Assembly: GCA_031260245.1 (NCBI GenBank)
Contig: JAIRKH010000056.1
Span: forward strand, 874 to 64,873
From: Treponema sp.
GTDB taxonomy: Bacteria > Spirochaetota > Spirochaetia > Treponematales > Breznakiellaceae
DNA length: 64,000 nt
Reading direction: 5' to 3'
In this document: positions 20,276 through 28,806 of the stretch, in pieces
Layout: every line of letters starts with the position of its first letter
Position numbering within the stretch: the stretch's first letter is position 1
Notes under the pieces: generated by a model
What the model was told of the DNA's origin: nothing
What the model saw: only the letters and a program-made list of their open reading frames with translations
Database searches by the model: none
Made by a program: the position numbers and the translations under genes

Positions 20276-20304
20276 TTGACATTTTGTAAATTTTTTGTTA
20301 GAAT
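20276..20304 (+). promoter_or_regulatory. internal sigma-70-like promoter (TTGACA-17-TAGAAT) ahead of rpmJ-rpsM-rpsK-rpsD-rpoA-rplQ
   Basis: Consensus -35 at 20276-20281, a 17-nt spacer, and near-consensus -10 at 20299-20304. Confidence 0.6.
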
Positions 20305-20349
20305 GAAAATTCTATTCTGCCTAACGGCACATATAAGGAGTGATTAAGG

Positions 20350-20463
20350 ATGAAAGTCCGAACAAGCGTAAAACCTATCTGCGACAAATGTAAGGTTATC
20401 AAGCGACGGGGCGTTATCCGCATCGTTTGCGAGAATCCCAAGCATAAGCAGAGGCAAGGTTAG
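20350..20463 (+). CDS. rpmJ: 50S ribosomal protein L36
   Basis: Absent from the ORF track (<60 aa). ATG at 20350 after AAGGAG; [37 protein letters not shown]; stop at 20461-20463. Confidence 0.95.
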   Translation: MKVRTSVKPICDKCKVIKRRGVIRIVCENPKHKQRQG

Positions 20464-20471
20464 GAGTAAAT

Positions 20472-20840
20472 ATGGCGCGTATTGCAGGGGTTGACCTCCC
20501 TAACAAACATGTGAACATTGCGTTGACTTATATTTTTGGCATCGGCAGGTCGAGTGCGGATAATATCTGCGCGAAGACAAAGATTGATCCAGTCAGGCTG
20601 ATAAACCAGTTATCCCAGGATGAAATCAATGTTTTAAGGCAGATTATTGAAAATGAGTATAAAGTTGAAGGACGTTTACGCACGGAAATTGCGTTGAATA
20701 TCAAGCGGCTTATGGATATTGGTTGTTACCGAGGTTTGCGGCATAGGAAGGGCTTACCTCTGCGGGGACAACGGACGCGCACTAACGCTCGCACCCGTAA
20801 AGGCAAAAAGAAAACCGTTGCTGGGAAAAAGAAGGCGTAG
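20472..20840 (+). CDS. rpsM: 30S ribosomal protein S13
   Basis: 122 aa; [14 protein letters not shown]. Confidence 0.96.
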   Translation: MARIAGVDLPNKHVNIALTYIFGIGRSSADNICAKTKIDPVRLINQLSQDEINVLRQIIENEYKVEGRLRTEIALNIKRLMDIGCYRGLRHRKGLPLRGQRTRTNARTRKGKKKTVAGKKKA

Positions 20841-20849
20841 GAGGGATAA

Positions 20850-21236
20850 ATGGCTAATACCAAGAAGCAGAAACGCAAAGAGAAAAAGTCAGTTTATGAA
20901 GGGAAGGTTTTCATCCAAGCTACCTTTAACAATACCATCGTTACGATAACAGACCTTATGGGGAATGCTATTTCTTGGGCGAGTTCTGGTCAGTTGAAAT
21001 TCAGCGGCGCAAAAAAATCTACGCCTTTCGCGGCTCAGGCGGTCACAGAGACCGCGGCCGCGAAAGCGTTGCAGTCTGGGTTGCGCGAAGTTCACGTTTA
21101 TGTGAAGGGACCAGGCATGGGACGTGAATCCGCTATCAGACAGCTCGGCAGTATGGGCATCAAGGTGCGGTCTATCAACGACGTTACGCCGATTCCGCAC
21201 AACGGTTGCAGACCCCGCAAAACGCGGCGCATTTAA
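20850..21236 (+). CDS. rpsK: 30S ribosomal protein S11
   Basis: 128 aa; ...[12 protein letters not shown] at the C-terminus. Confidence 0.96.
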   Translation: MANTKKQKRKEKKSVYEGKVFIQATFNNTIVTITDLMGNAISWASSGQLKFSGAKKSTPFAAQAVTETAAAKALQSGLREVHVYVKGPGMGRESAIRQLGSMGIKVRSINDVTPIPHNGCRPRKTRRI

Positions 21237-21247
21237 GGGAGAAAAAC

Positions 21248-21883
21248 ATGGCGCGATATACAGGACCGGTTTGCCGTTTGTGCAGAACAGAACAGAAAAA
21301 ACTCATGCTTAAAGGAAACAAGTGCAAGAGTGATAAGTGTCCCATCAATAAGAAGCGAGCGGCTCCGGGTAAGGACCCGAAAATTCGGGCTGGGAAGCGG
21401 TCGGATTACGGCGTTCAGCTCCGCGAAAAGCAGAAACTCAAGAGGATCTATGGAATGCAGGAAAAACAGTTCAAGCTGTTTTTCGAGCGCGCTTTGCGTA
21501 TGCCTGGTATCACGGGGGAGAATTTGTTCGCTCTCTTGGAACGGCGGCTTGATAATGTGGTTTACCGACTGCGTTTCGCGACGAGCCGTAGTCAGGCGCG
21601 GCAAATCGTGCTTCATGGGCATATCACAGTGAACGGCAGGCGGGTAAATGTGCCTTCTTACCTTGTGAAGAGCGAAGATGAAATAGCCATTGGCGAGACA
21701 AGCAAGAATCTGGCGCTTGTTAAGGACGCGCTGAAAGAATCCGGCAAATCTGGAGTGATGCCCTGGCTCAATTTGGAAGCGGACGCCATGAAGGGTACAT
21801 TCCTCGCGGTCCCGCGGCGGATTGACCTCACCGATTTGGCGGATATCAAAGAACAGATGATTGTTGAATTCTATTCAAAGTAG
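21248..21883 (+). CDS. rpsD: 30S ribosomal protein S4
   Basis: ATG at 21248; MARYTGPVCRLCR... Confidence 0.95.
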   Translation: MARYTGPVCRLCRTEQKKLMLKGNKCKSDKCPINKKRAAPGKDPKIRAGKRSDYGVQLREKQKLKRIYGMQEKQFKLFFERALRMPGITGENLFALLERRLDNVVYRLRFATSRSQARQIVLHGHITVNGRRVNVPSYLVKSEDEIAIGETSKNLALVKDALKESGKSGVMPWLNLEADAMKGTFLAVPRRIDLTDLADIKEQMIVEFYSK

Positions 21884-21951
21884 TCTGTTTCGGACAAGAC
21901 AAGTCCCATAAGGATGCGTTTTACCTGAACAAAAAGGAGTTTCAATCAATA

Positions 21952-22980
21952 ATGGCCCGTAAAAACCTTTTACAAGGATTTAAACACCCTAAGAGGGTTA
22001 CTTTTGAACATGGTGAGTCTCGGCAGGATTATGGAAAGTTTATCGTTGCCCCGTTTGAACCGGGCTATGGTACAACGATAGGCAACACCTTACGCAGGAT
22101 TCTGCTTTCTTCCATACAAGGAAACGCTATTACGGCTATCAAGATAACATCCTATGGCAAAGATGGAACGCCTCACGCTATTTCCAGCGAGTTTGAGAAC
22201 ATACCTAATATCATAGAGGATACGCTTGAGGTTATCAATAACCTGAAACAAATTCGGTTTAAACTCCCAGACGACCAGGAATCCTGTACGTTTTTGTATG
22301 AGTGGTCTGGAAATCGTGAAATCAGAAGCGATGATTTTGCTAAAGAGGGGTTGTTAGAGGTTTTAAGCGGCGGCCAACATATCTTGACGATGATGGAAGA
22401 CGCTCATCTTGAGTTTGAGGCGCAAATAGATTTGGGGCGGGGTTATATGCCATCTGAAATAATTGAACAAAATGTCGAGGTTATCGGTACTATTCCCATA
22501 GACGCCATGTTTTCGCCGGTGAAGAAAGTGAAGTATGTTGTAGAACCTGTGCGCGTGGGGCAGAGGAGCGACTATGACAAGCTGACGCTTGAAATATGGA
22601 CGGACGGCACCATCAAACCGGACGATGCGCTTGCCGAGGCGGGCAAAATTGCAAAAGAGCATTTCTCGGTTTTCATCAACTTCGACGAAAATGGTTTGCT
22701 TTCGGACAATTCAGGAGAAGCCGGCGACGACGCCATTCGTTCCGTCCTTGAGACGAGTATAGAAGAATTAGAACTATCGGTGCGGTCATACAATTGCCTT
22801 AAAGGGGCGGACATTAAGACCATCGGCGAATTGATTCAAAAAAACGAAGACGACTTGAACAAAGCTCGTAATTTTGGGAGAAAGTCCCTTCAAGAAATAA
22901 TTGACAAGCTCAAAGAATGGAATTTGAGTCTCGGAACTACCGATATCTCGAGTTTAAAAATCAAAGCAAAGGAAGTTTGA
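21952..22980 (+). CDS. rpoA: DNA-directed RNA polymerase subunit alpha
   Basis: 342 aa. The C-terminal-domain motif ...[23 protein letters not shown]... is present. Confidence 0.96.
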   Translation: MARKNLLQGFKHPKRVTFEHGESRQDYGKFIVAPFEPGYGTTIGNTLRRILLSSIQGNAITAIKITSYGKDGTPHAISSEFENIPNIIEDTLEVINNLKQIRFKLPDDQESCTFLYEWSGNREIRSDDFAKEGLLEVLSGGQHILTMMEDAHLEFEAQIDLGRGYMPSEIIEQNVEVIGTIPIDAMFSPVKKVKYVVEPVRVGQRSDYDKLTLEIWTDGTIKPDDALAEAGKIAKEHFSVFINFDENGLLSDNSGEAGDDAIRSVLETSIEELELSVRSYNCLKGADIKTIGELIQKNEDDLNKARNFGRKSLQEIIDKLKEWNLSLGTTDISSLKIKAKEV

Positions 22981-22981
22981 A

Positions 22982-23416
22982 ATGAAACACAGACGGGGTT
23001 TTAACCCTCTTGAAATGATGTCGGCGCACCGTAAAGCCACGCGCCGTAATATGATTACGTCTCTATTCAAATATGAGAGAATCAGAACTACGAAGCCCAA
23101 GGCGCTGGAAATCCGTCGGAGCGCCGAAAAATTGATAACTCGTGCAAAAGTCGATTCTGTCCACAACCGGCGCATCGCATCGAGCCGTCTCTTTGACGAA
23201 GGCGTTGTCGCCAAGTTATTCAACGACATCGCCCCGCGTATGAAGGAACGGAAGGGAGGGTACACACGCGTCCTCAAGCTCGGTTTGAGAGGAGGAGACG
23301 CGGCGGAAATCGTCATGATGGAACTGGTTGATTTCAAACTGGACACGGAAGGCTCGAAAAAGAAGACCGAAAAAAAGACGGCGAAAAAAGAAAAAGCCGT
23401 AGGTAATAAAAAATAA
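22982..23416 (+). CDS. rplQ: 50S ribosomal protein L17 (Lys-rich C-terminal tail)
   Basis: 144 aa; [24 protein letters not shown]... Confidence 0.95.
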   Translation: MKHRRGFNPLEMMSAHRKATRRNMITSLFKYERIRTTKPKALEIRRSAEKLITRAKVDSVHNRRIASSRLFDEGVVAKLFNDIAPRMKERKGGYTRVLKLGLRGGDAAEIVMMELVDFKLDTEGSKKKTEKKTAKKEKAVGNKK

Positions 23417-23424
23417 GGAGGCGA

Positions 23425-23607
23425 ATGATGTCGAAGGCGCATAGAGGCAAGGGGATAAAAGACTTGCCCTCTCATGGAAGGGCAGTGTGTCCGCTCTGCA
23501 ACAGAACAGCGAAAGTTCTTTACGAGGAAAAAACCGCGGACAAATCCGTCAAGGTCTGCAAGATATGTAAAGCGGCCGTCAAACACGGTAAAAAAAACCT
23601 GCCGTAG
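23425..23607 (+). CDS. small basic zinc-ribbon protein (CxxC...CxxC), function unknown
   Basis: 60 aa with SD AAGGAGG. Starts 8 nt after the rplQ stop. Contains CPLCNRT...CKICK. No family recognised. Confidence 0.55.
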   Translation: MMSKAHRGKGIKDLPSHGRAVCPLCNRTAKVLYEEKTADKSVKVCKICKAAVKHGKKNLP

Positions 23608-23782
23608 CGTCGACAAGAGGAAATTATGACTATCAAAAACGATGTTTCTTATTTTTATGAATAGTTCTTGACGCCATAAAAATAGATCTCCATAGCGGAA
23701 GAGAATTAGGAAAAACGATAAATGTATATAAAGATAACCGTATATAGAAATCACAGGGGCGTGAATGTCTTAAATTATAAGC

Positions 23783-23804
23783 GGGGGGAGGTCCCCCCCC
23801 CCCC
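23783..23804. repeat. G6-AGGT-C12 homopolymer hairpin / slippage-prone tract
   Basis: Read directly: GGGGGG at 23783-23788 and C12 at 23793-23804, 73 nt upstream of the first ATG of the operon. Confidence 0.9.
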
Positions 23805-23820
23805 ATTGTATTTCCCTGGG

Positions 23821-23844
23821 TGTGAACGTCTTTGTGAACGTCTT
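23821..23844 (+). repeat. perfect tandem 12-mer TGTGAACGTCTT x2 (third, imperfect copy CGTGAATGTCTT at 23760-23771)
   Basis: Read directly. The three copies bracket the G6/C12 tract. Confidence 0.9.
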
Positions 23845-23876
23845 ATTGACAATTCTTGTTAGCAAAGGATGGTCAA

Positions 23877-25820
23877 ATGTTTAGTTTACAAGATGTCAAG
23901 TGCGATACCGAAAAAAAATCACGAATTGAGCCTCTTTTGAGATTTCAAGCTTTTGATGAGAAAAATAAGCCGCTTGAGAGTATCCGCTTTGAGAATAACA
24001 CGCTCTATTTTATCATAGGCGAATCGGGCGTTGGAAAATCGACTCTGTTGAGTTTTTTGACGTCTCCCTTTTCAGAAGATCCTATAAAAAACGGCGCGAT
24101 ACATTTTGACGCTGTTGCCCTTCCATTAAAAAAAGAAGAAAACAATACAATAAAAATTGAAAACTCAACCGCAAAATCTAAAAAGCTTGAAAAGGCGTAT
24201 TTCGCCTATCTGAGAAATACCCTCGCCTTCATTCCGCAGATGACGGATTCTTTTCATCCGTCGATTCCCATCCTTGAACAGTTGAAAGAAACTTTTGAGG
24301 CGGCGGCTATCGCCCCTTCCCCCAGTAAATTCCAACGCTTACAGAATTGGGTTAAGAAAGTCGACGAACCTGTAGACTCTAAACCGTTCAGGGATTTGGT
24401 TAAAAGACTCGGTGAAAGAGCGGGATTTACGCGCGTCGAGGTATCCGAAGATCTTTCAACCCTTAAAATTTGGGATAAAAAAGAGTACGAAGACAAAGAA
24501 GGCGAGCCTTGTACCATCGTTGATATAGGCGGCGCGGAGGGGCGGACCGTCGTTCTTGAAGGCGAATTATCCAGCGGACAATTACAGCGGCTTCTTGTTT
24601 TAAAGGCGCTCATCCAATTTGAGACCGCGAATGTTTTGTTCGGAGATGAATTCCTGGTGAACTTTTCCTTTCTCGAAGGAAACAAGGTGCTGGATGGTCT
24701 CATTGAAGCGTTTAAGGAGAGAAAAGAAACCGGGCAGGCGACCGCGGCATTCGTCTTTCACGACTTGTCCTATCCGTGTATCCGTCAGCAAAAAGACGAC
24801 GTCAACGCCCGCGTCATGTTGCTTGAAGAAACGCCGGAAAGTAAAGCCGCAAGCCAGAATAAAACCATCGCGGTTAGGACCATTCCTTTGCGGGACTTTT
24901 GGTCCGAAGACCTGCCACAGGACAGTCCTTTTTTTCGATTCAGACAGAGTTATCAGTCTTTGTCCGGTGATTATATAATCAATCCAAAAAATCAACCCCC
25001 TTCGGCGCCTGTTTTTGAAAAAAACATATACGAGTCCTACACGTATCCCGGAAAGACGGAATGCGTCTACGAAAACCTACATTTTGAAATCAAAGAAAAT
25101 CGTTTCATTATCCTGACCGGTTTTTCCGGATGTGGAAAAAGCACATTCTGCAAACAGTTAATTGAAACCATACCGCAAGAAGAAAAGTGGAAATACCGCT
25201 ATTTCCCTTCTCGTACTCGTGAAGCCCTGTCTTTTGGGTCTCAGGTACGCGTTGAAGAAGACTTGCGTACCATCTATGGGTTCTACAACCATATAAAAGA
25301 CGTCCGCGATGAGAAAGAGAGAATCAGCCGCCATTTCCGCGATGTGGAATTGTTTCAAAAATTTGAGGCGTTTTTACAAAAACCTATATTCTCGCTTTCC
25401 GGCGGAGAATTACAACGCTATTGGTTCGCTCGAATCACTCTACTCGAAGATATACCTCCCGAAAAAAAACCGAAACTGCTCGTATTTGACGAAAGCGTCT
25501 CTAGCCTCGACTGCGTGACAAAAGATATTCTGATTAAGTTCGTCGTTGAGAGACTTTTTGTAGAAGAGAACTTCGCCGTTTTATTTATTACCCATGACTT
25601 GCGCGATATAGGCGTAATCTGTCAAAATTTACACAATGTCAAAAGAACGGACTTGTTTGAACATTATGAATTATTCAATAAAAAACTGTATCGCGTTAAA
25701 ACTCCCTCTTTTAAGCAATATTGGGACAATATTTTAGATAATAAATTTAACGACTACGAGGAATCAGGAACTGGTACGGTTTACCATTTTAAGCTAAAGG
25801 AGGTAATACGGAAACCATGA
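23877..25820 (+). CDS. fused two-NBD ABC ATPase, OppD-OppF-like
   Basis: ATG at 23877 follows AAAGGA. NBD1 has GESGVGKST, Q-loop-like FIPQMTDSFHP, LSSGQLQR, LFGDEF and FVFHDL. NBD2 has GFSGCGKST, LSGGELQR, LLVFDESVSSLD and FITHDL. Confidence 0.8.
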   Translation: MFSLQDVKCDTEKKSRIEPLLRFQAFDEKNKPLESIRFENNTLYFIIGESGVGKSTLLSFLTSPFSEDPIKNGAIHFDAVALPLKKEENNTIKIENSTAKSKKLEKAYFAYLRNTLAFIPQMTDSFHPSIPILEQLKETFEAAAIAPSPSKFQRLQNWVKKVDEPVDSKPFRDLVKRLGERAGFTRVEVSEDLSTLKIWDKKEYEDKEGEPCTIVDIGGAEGRTVVLEGELSSGQLQRLLVLKALIQFETANVLFGDEFLVNFSFLEGNKVLDGLIEAFKERKETGQATAAFVFHDLSYPCIRQQKDDVNARVMLLEETPESKAASQNKTIAVRTIPLRDFWSEDLPQDSPFFRFRQSYQSLSGDYIINPKNQPPSAPVFEKNIYESYTYPGKTECVYENLHFEIKENRFIILTGFSGCGKSTFCKQLIETIPQEEKWKYRYFPSRTREALSFGSQVRVEEDLRTIYGFYNHIKDVRDEKERISRHFRDVELFQKFEAFLQKPIFSLSGGELQRYWFARITLLEDIPPEKKPKLLVFDESVSSLDCVTKDILIKFVVERLFVEENFAVLFITHDLRDIGVICQNLHNVKRTDLFEHYELFNKKLYRVKTPSFKQYWDNILDNKFNDYEESGTGTVYHFKLKEVIRKP

Positions 25821-27562
25821 GAAAAATATTTACGGCGGTTCTTATTTTAATATGCGCGATTCTGCCGGCGCAACAGACTTTCGTCAAATTTGAGGAAATA
25901 AAAGCTCCTGCTTTTCAAGAATTAACGGACGAGCTTAACAGAGCTATTCAAGCCGCTCTGAAAAAAGCGTTTGGAGATATATTTATAGACATAACCAAAT
26001 ATGTCCCGCGTGAGAATAAAGTGTATTACTTTTCGTTCACGCTCTCTCAAGAGAGGACAACGGATTTTATACTCAAGATGATTATCAAACCTCGTAATGA
26101 AGAAAATGAATTTTTGTTTGACGGTATATCGTTTGATTTTGAGCGGAAAGATTCTCTGATTTCTTTTCTTCAAAAACAGTTAATCGGTGAATATATGCTT
26201 GATAACGGAGAGTTTAAAGAAGATGCGGTGCGGCAAAGGATAAATTCCATGAATTTGGAGAGAGGCGCGGTAAAAATCGCGGTAACGATTACGCCGAAAT
26301 TCGTCTTCCCCGACCAAATTTCTGCATGGAACACGCTGGATACGGCAGTTGGCGTATCGGGTTTTGAAATAAAGGAAAGCTACAACGGCGGTGAATTCGT
26401 AGTTGCGCCGTACTCTTATAACGTTGAAAAAGAGGAATTCAGCGGCGATTATTCAAGCTTTTCGCCTGAAATACAAGACTACCTTGACTCGCTCAAACCG
26501 CAAATCGCCGTTTTTGAAAACGGAGAATGGGCGCCGAAAGGCGATAAGGTTTCTCTCAAAGCGGGAATAGATGAGGAGCGGGAATATCGAACGCGTTATT
26601 CTTTTGTTCCCGAGACAGGAATAAAAGGAGATTATACTTTTGCGCTCGCGCCGCCAGTAGAAAAAACCTACACGGTCCGCCCTTTGCCTGAATACCGATT
26701 TTTCGCCGATAAAGTAACGGTTGATGAGAATGGAATATCCGTCGCCTATAGCGATAGCGATATTCTTATCTACGATATTGACGCTTTCGGGATAGGAGGC
26801 GACGCTCCGCGTGGAAGAATCCGTGAAAAATTGATTCTGTATATCCTCATAAATAAGGATATGGCGAAATTTATGAATGAGAATAGGGGGAATATTGATT
26901 TTTCCGAATCAAAGCAATTTGATATGACCGTTTCGTTGATAGAGAGTAGAAATTCATACGTACGAGAGGCGATAGCCGATAACAGCGGCGCAAGTCGAGA
27001 AGATCTACTCACGGAACTTAAGTCTGTGATGAATGACGGAATTGCGGTAGAATTAGGCGCGGAAGACATAGATGTGGAGAAAGCTGATTGGTTCATAGCG
27101 TTGACCTTTCGCCATGACGCCATTCCCGATAACGCTGTTGTCGCGTTAAAGGACGTTCGTTCCGAAAACGCGGGTATGTCTAAAGAAACCATTGACGGAA
27201 TCAGCGCTATCTTTTCTACAATGACGGAGATGGAGAAAGAATGGGTCAACATGGCGAAAGTGTTGTGTTATTTTGGGAATCGAGCAAAGACTTCGGAATT
27301 CTTGAATAAGTATGAAGAGGCGAATAAGTCGTTGCCTCCGAAAGTTAAGCGGGATATTGCGGTTCTACGGAACTGGAGTCCCATAGGACCGCGGGGCGCG
27401 CTATTAACTATTCGGAAAAAAAGCGAAGAGGAGCGCCCTGATTTCCGTTTTTCCAGAGGGAGCGTTACTGGCATGAAGATGCGTGAATATATGGAATCCG
27501 GAAAAGTCTCAGATAAAGAGAAAAAAGATTTGTATATAGTATTTTTTGGAGAAGAAATATGA
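25817..27562 (+). CDS. exported protein, no recognisable domain
   Basis: 581 aa. The start overlaps the ATPase stop (ATGA), with AAGGAGG upstream. N-terminal signal MRKIFTAVLILICAILPAQQ. Confidence 0.7.
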   Translation: MRKIFTAVLILICAILPAQQTFVKFEEIKAPAFQELTDELNRAIQAALKKAFGDIFIDITKYVPRENKVYYFSFTLSQERTTDFILKMIIKPRNEENEFLFDGISFDFERKDSLISFLQKQLIGEYMLDNGEFKEDAVRQRINSMNLERGAVKIAVTITPKFVFPDQISAWNTLDTAVGVSGFEIKESYNGGEFVVAPYSYNVEKEEFSGDYSSFSPEIQDYLDSLKPQIAVFENGEWAPKGDKVSLKAGIDEEREYRTRYSFVPETGIKGDYTFALAPPVEKTYTVRPLPEYRFFADKVTVDENGISVAYSDSDILIYDIDAFGIGGDAPRGRIREKLILYILINKDMAKFMNENRGNIDFSESKQFDMTVSLIESRNSYVREAIADNSGASREDLLTELKSVMNDGIAVELGAEDIDVEKADWFIALTFRHDAIPDNAVVALKDVRSENAGMSKETIDGISAIFSTMTEMEKEWVNMAKVLCYFGNRAKTSEFLNKYEEANKSLPPKVKRDIAVLRNWSPIGPRGALLTIRKKSEEERPDFRFSRGSVTGMKMREYMESGKVSDKEKKDLYIVFFGEEI

Positions 27563-28794
27563 CAGGCAAACAGGACGCTTTTAGTAGAGGCGGGACTTCA
27601 AAAAGAAACATGAGAAAAATAGTCGCCATAGGTATTATGTGCGCGGCGCTTATTATGTGTGAAAAAAAGTACACCGTTGCGTTCAACGCCGAGGGCGGAA
27701 CAGCCTGCGCATCTCAAGAGGTGAACGCGGGCGTGGCAGCGGTACTACCAGCGACAACACAGAACGATTATATCTTTAACGGCTGGTATACAAGCGACGG
27801 TACTAAAGCGGGCGATGCGGGCGCGTATTACACGCCGTCCAGTAGCGTTACCTTGTACGCGCGATGGACCGATAATTCCTCCGCGGTTTCTCCTACTGTT
27901 TACACCGTTGCGTTCAACGCCGAGGGCGGAACAGCCTGCGCGTCCAAAGAGGTGAACGCGGGCGCGACAGCGATACTACCAGCGACAACACGGAGCGGCT
28001 ATACCTTTAACGGCTGGTATACGAGCGGCGGTACCAGAGCGGGCGATGCGGGCGCGTCTTACGCGCCGTCCAGTAGCGTTACCCTGTACGCGCGATGGCA
28101 GGAGTCGACTCCAACAGTACCGATTTCCTTTGTGATACGCGACCAGACGACCGGTCCGATTCCCTATGGACGGATTCTGGTTGGAACGGTAACGGAGGCG
28201 GGGGCTTCCGGCGTCATTAACGGCGAAAGCGAGATGAATAAATTGATCAGAAACGCCAGAGAAAGCATTGGCGAGTTGTCGCGTCCTATTATCGGAGGAA
28301 ACCTTATTAAAGGAGGAATAGGGCTTAACGACACGCTGTTCTTTCTTTTAGTGGAACCCCCCGACAACAGAAGCGGATACGTACAGTTTGTGACGGTACC
28401 GGCTGTCCGCCCTTCGTCTCCCATACCGGTTGAATTCAATCTACGAAACAAGGAGGTTACAGTCGAGTTTTCCATTGATTATAACGGCGATAAAGATACG
28501 TTTCAAAACAACGCCGACGTTGACGTAACGTTTTTTTACCGACCTAATGACAATGAGGGAAACAACGACACTGGGAATTTCAAAACATATTCCACAAAGG
28601 TTCGACTTCAAGGGAATAATAAAGGCTTCATAAAATTGAACAGTCGCGAGTTAGAGATTTCGCCTTGGACGAGGATTGAATACCGAATCAAAGTAACCGG
28701 CAAAAAAATTTCAGGACTGCCTTTCGTTTCGGGTGAAAAGCTGCAGGTCTTCAACGAGATAAAGTCTGTGGAACTTTATTTAGGAGAAAGTTAG
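27559..28794 (+). CDS. lipoprotein with two Listeria-Bacteroides (Flg_new / InlB B-repeat) domains
   Basis: 411 aa with an ATGA overlap. Signal MRKIVAIGIMCAALIMC. There are two copies of YTVAFNAEGGTACAS.EVNAG....LPATT...Y.FNGWYTS.GT.AGDAGA.Y.PSSSVTLYARW. Confidence 0.75.
   Translation: MTGKQDAFSRGGTSKRNMRKIVAIGIMCAALIMCEKKYTVAFNAEGGTACASQEVNAGVAAVLPATTQNDYIFNGWYTSDGTKAGDAGAYYTPSSSVTLYARWTDNSSAVSPTVYTVAFNAEGGTACASKEVNAGATAILPATTRSGYTFNGWYTSGGTRAGDAGASYAPSSSVTLYARWQESTPTVPISFVIRDQTTGPIPYGRILVGTVTEAGASGVINGESEMNKLIRNARESIGELSRPIIGGNLIKGGIGLNDTLFFLLVEPPDNRSGYVQFVTVPAVRPSSPIPVEFNLRNKEVTVEFSIDYNGDKDTFQNNADVDVTFFYRPNDNEGNNDTGNFKTYSTKVRLQGNNKGFIKLNSRELEISPWTRIEYRIKVTGKKISGLPFVSGEKLQVFNEIKSVELYLGES
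27670..28098 (+). repeat. 231-bp tandem duplication (2 copies, second truncated), in frame, encoding the two Flg_new domains
   Basis: Units start at 27670 and 27901 with an identical 41-nt opening tacaccgttgcgttcaacgccgagggcggaacagcctgcgc. The remainder is highly similar by eye. Confidence 0.9.
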
Positions 28795-28806
28795 AAAAGG
28801 TAAATT

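Noticed and set aside
23680-23720. Possible att-like direct repeat of the tRNA-Phe 3' end (gcggaagagaattagg versus gccaaagggaattgaa)
   Set aside because: Only about 10 of 16 positions match. That is not distinguishable from chance by eye, so no island boundary is claimed.
23846-23851. Consensus TTGACA as the -35 box of the ABC operon promoter
   Set aside because: It lies only 25 nt from the ATG. The sequence at the expected -10 position is ATGGTC, and the SD would fall upstream of the transcript start. It more likely belongs to the repeated regulatory module, and the true promoter was not identified.
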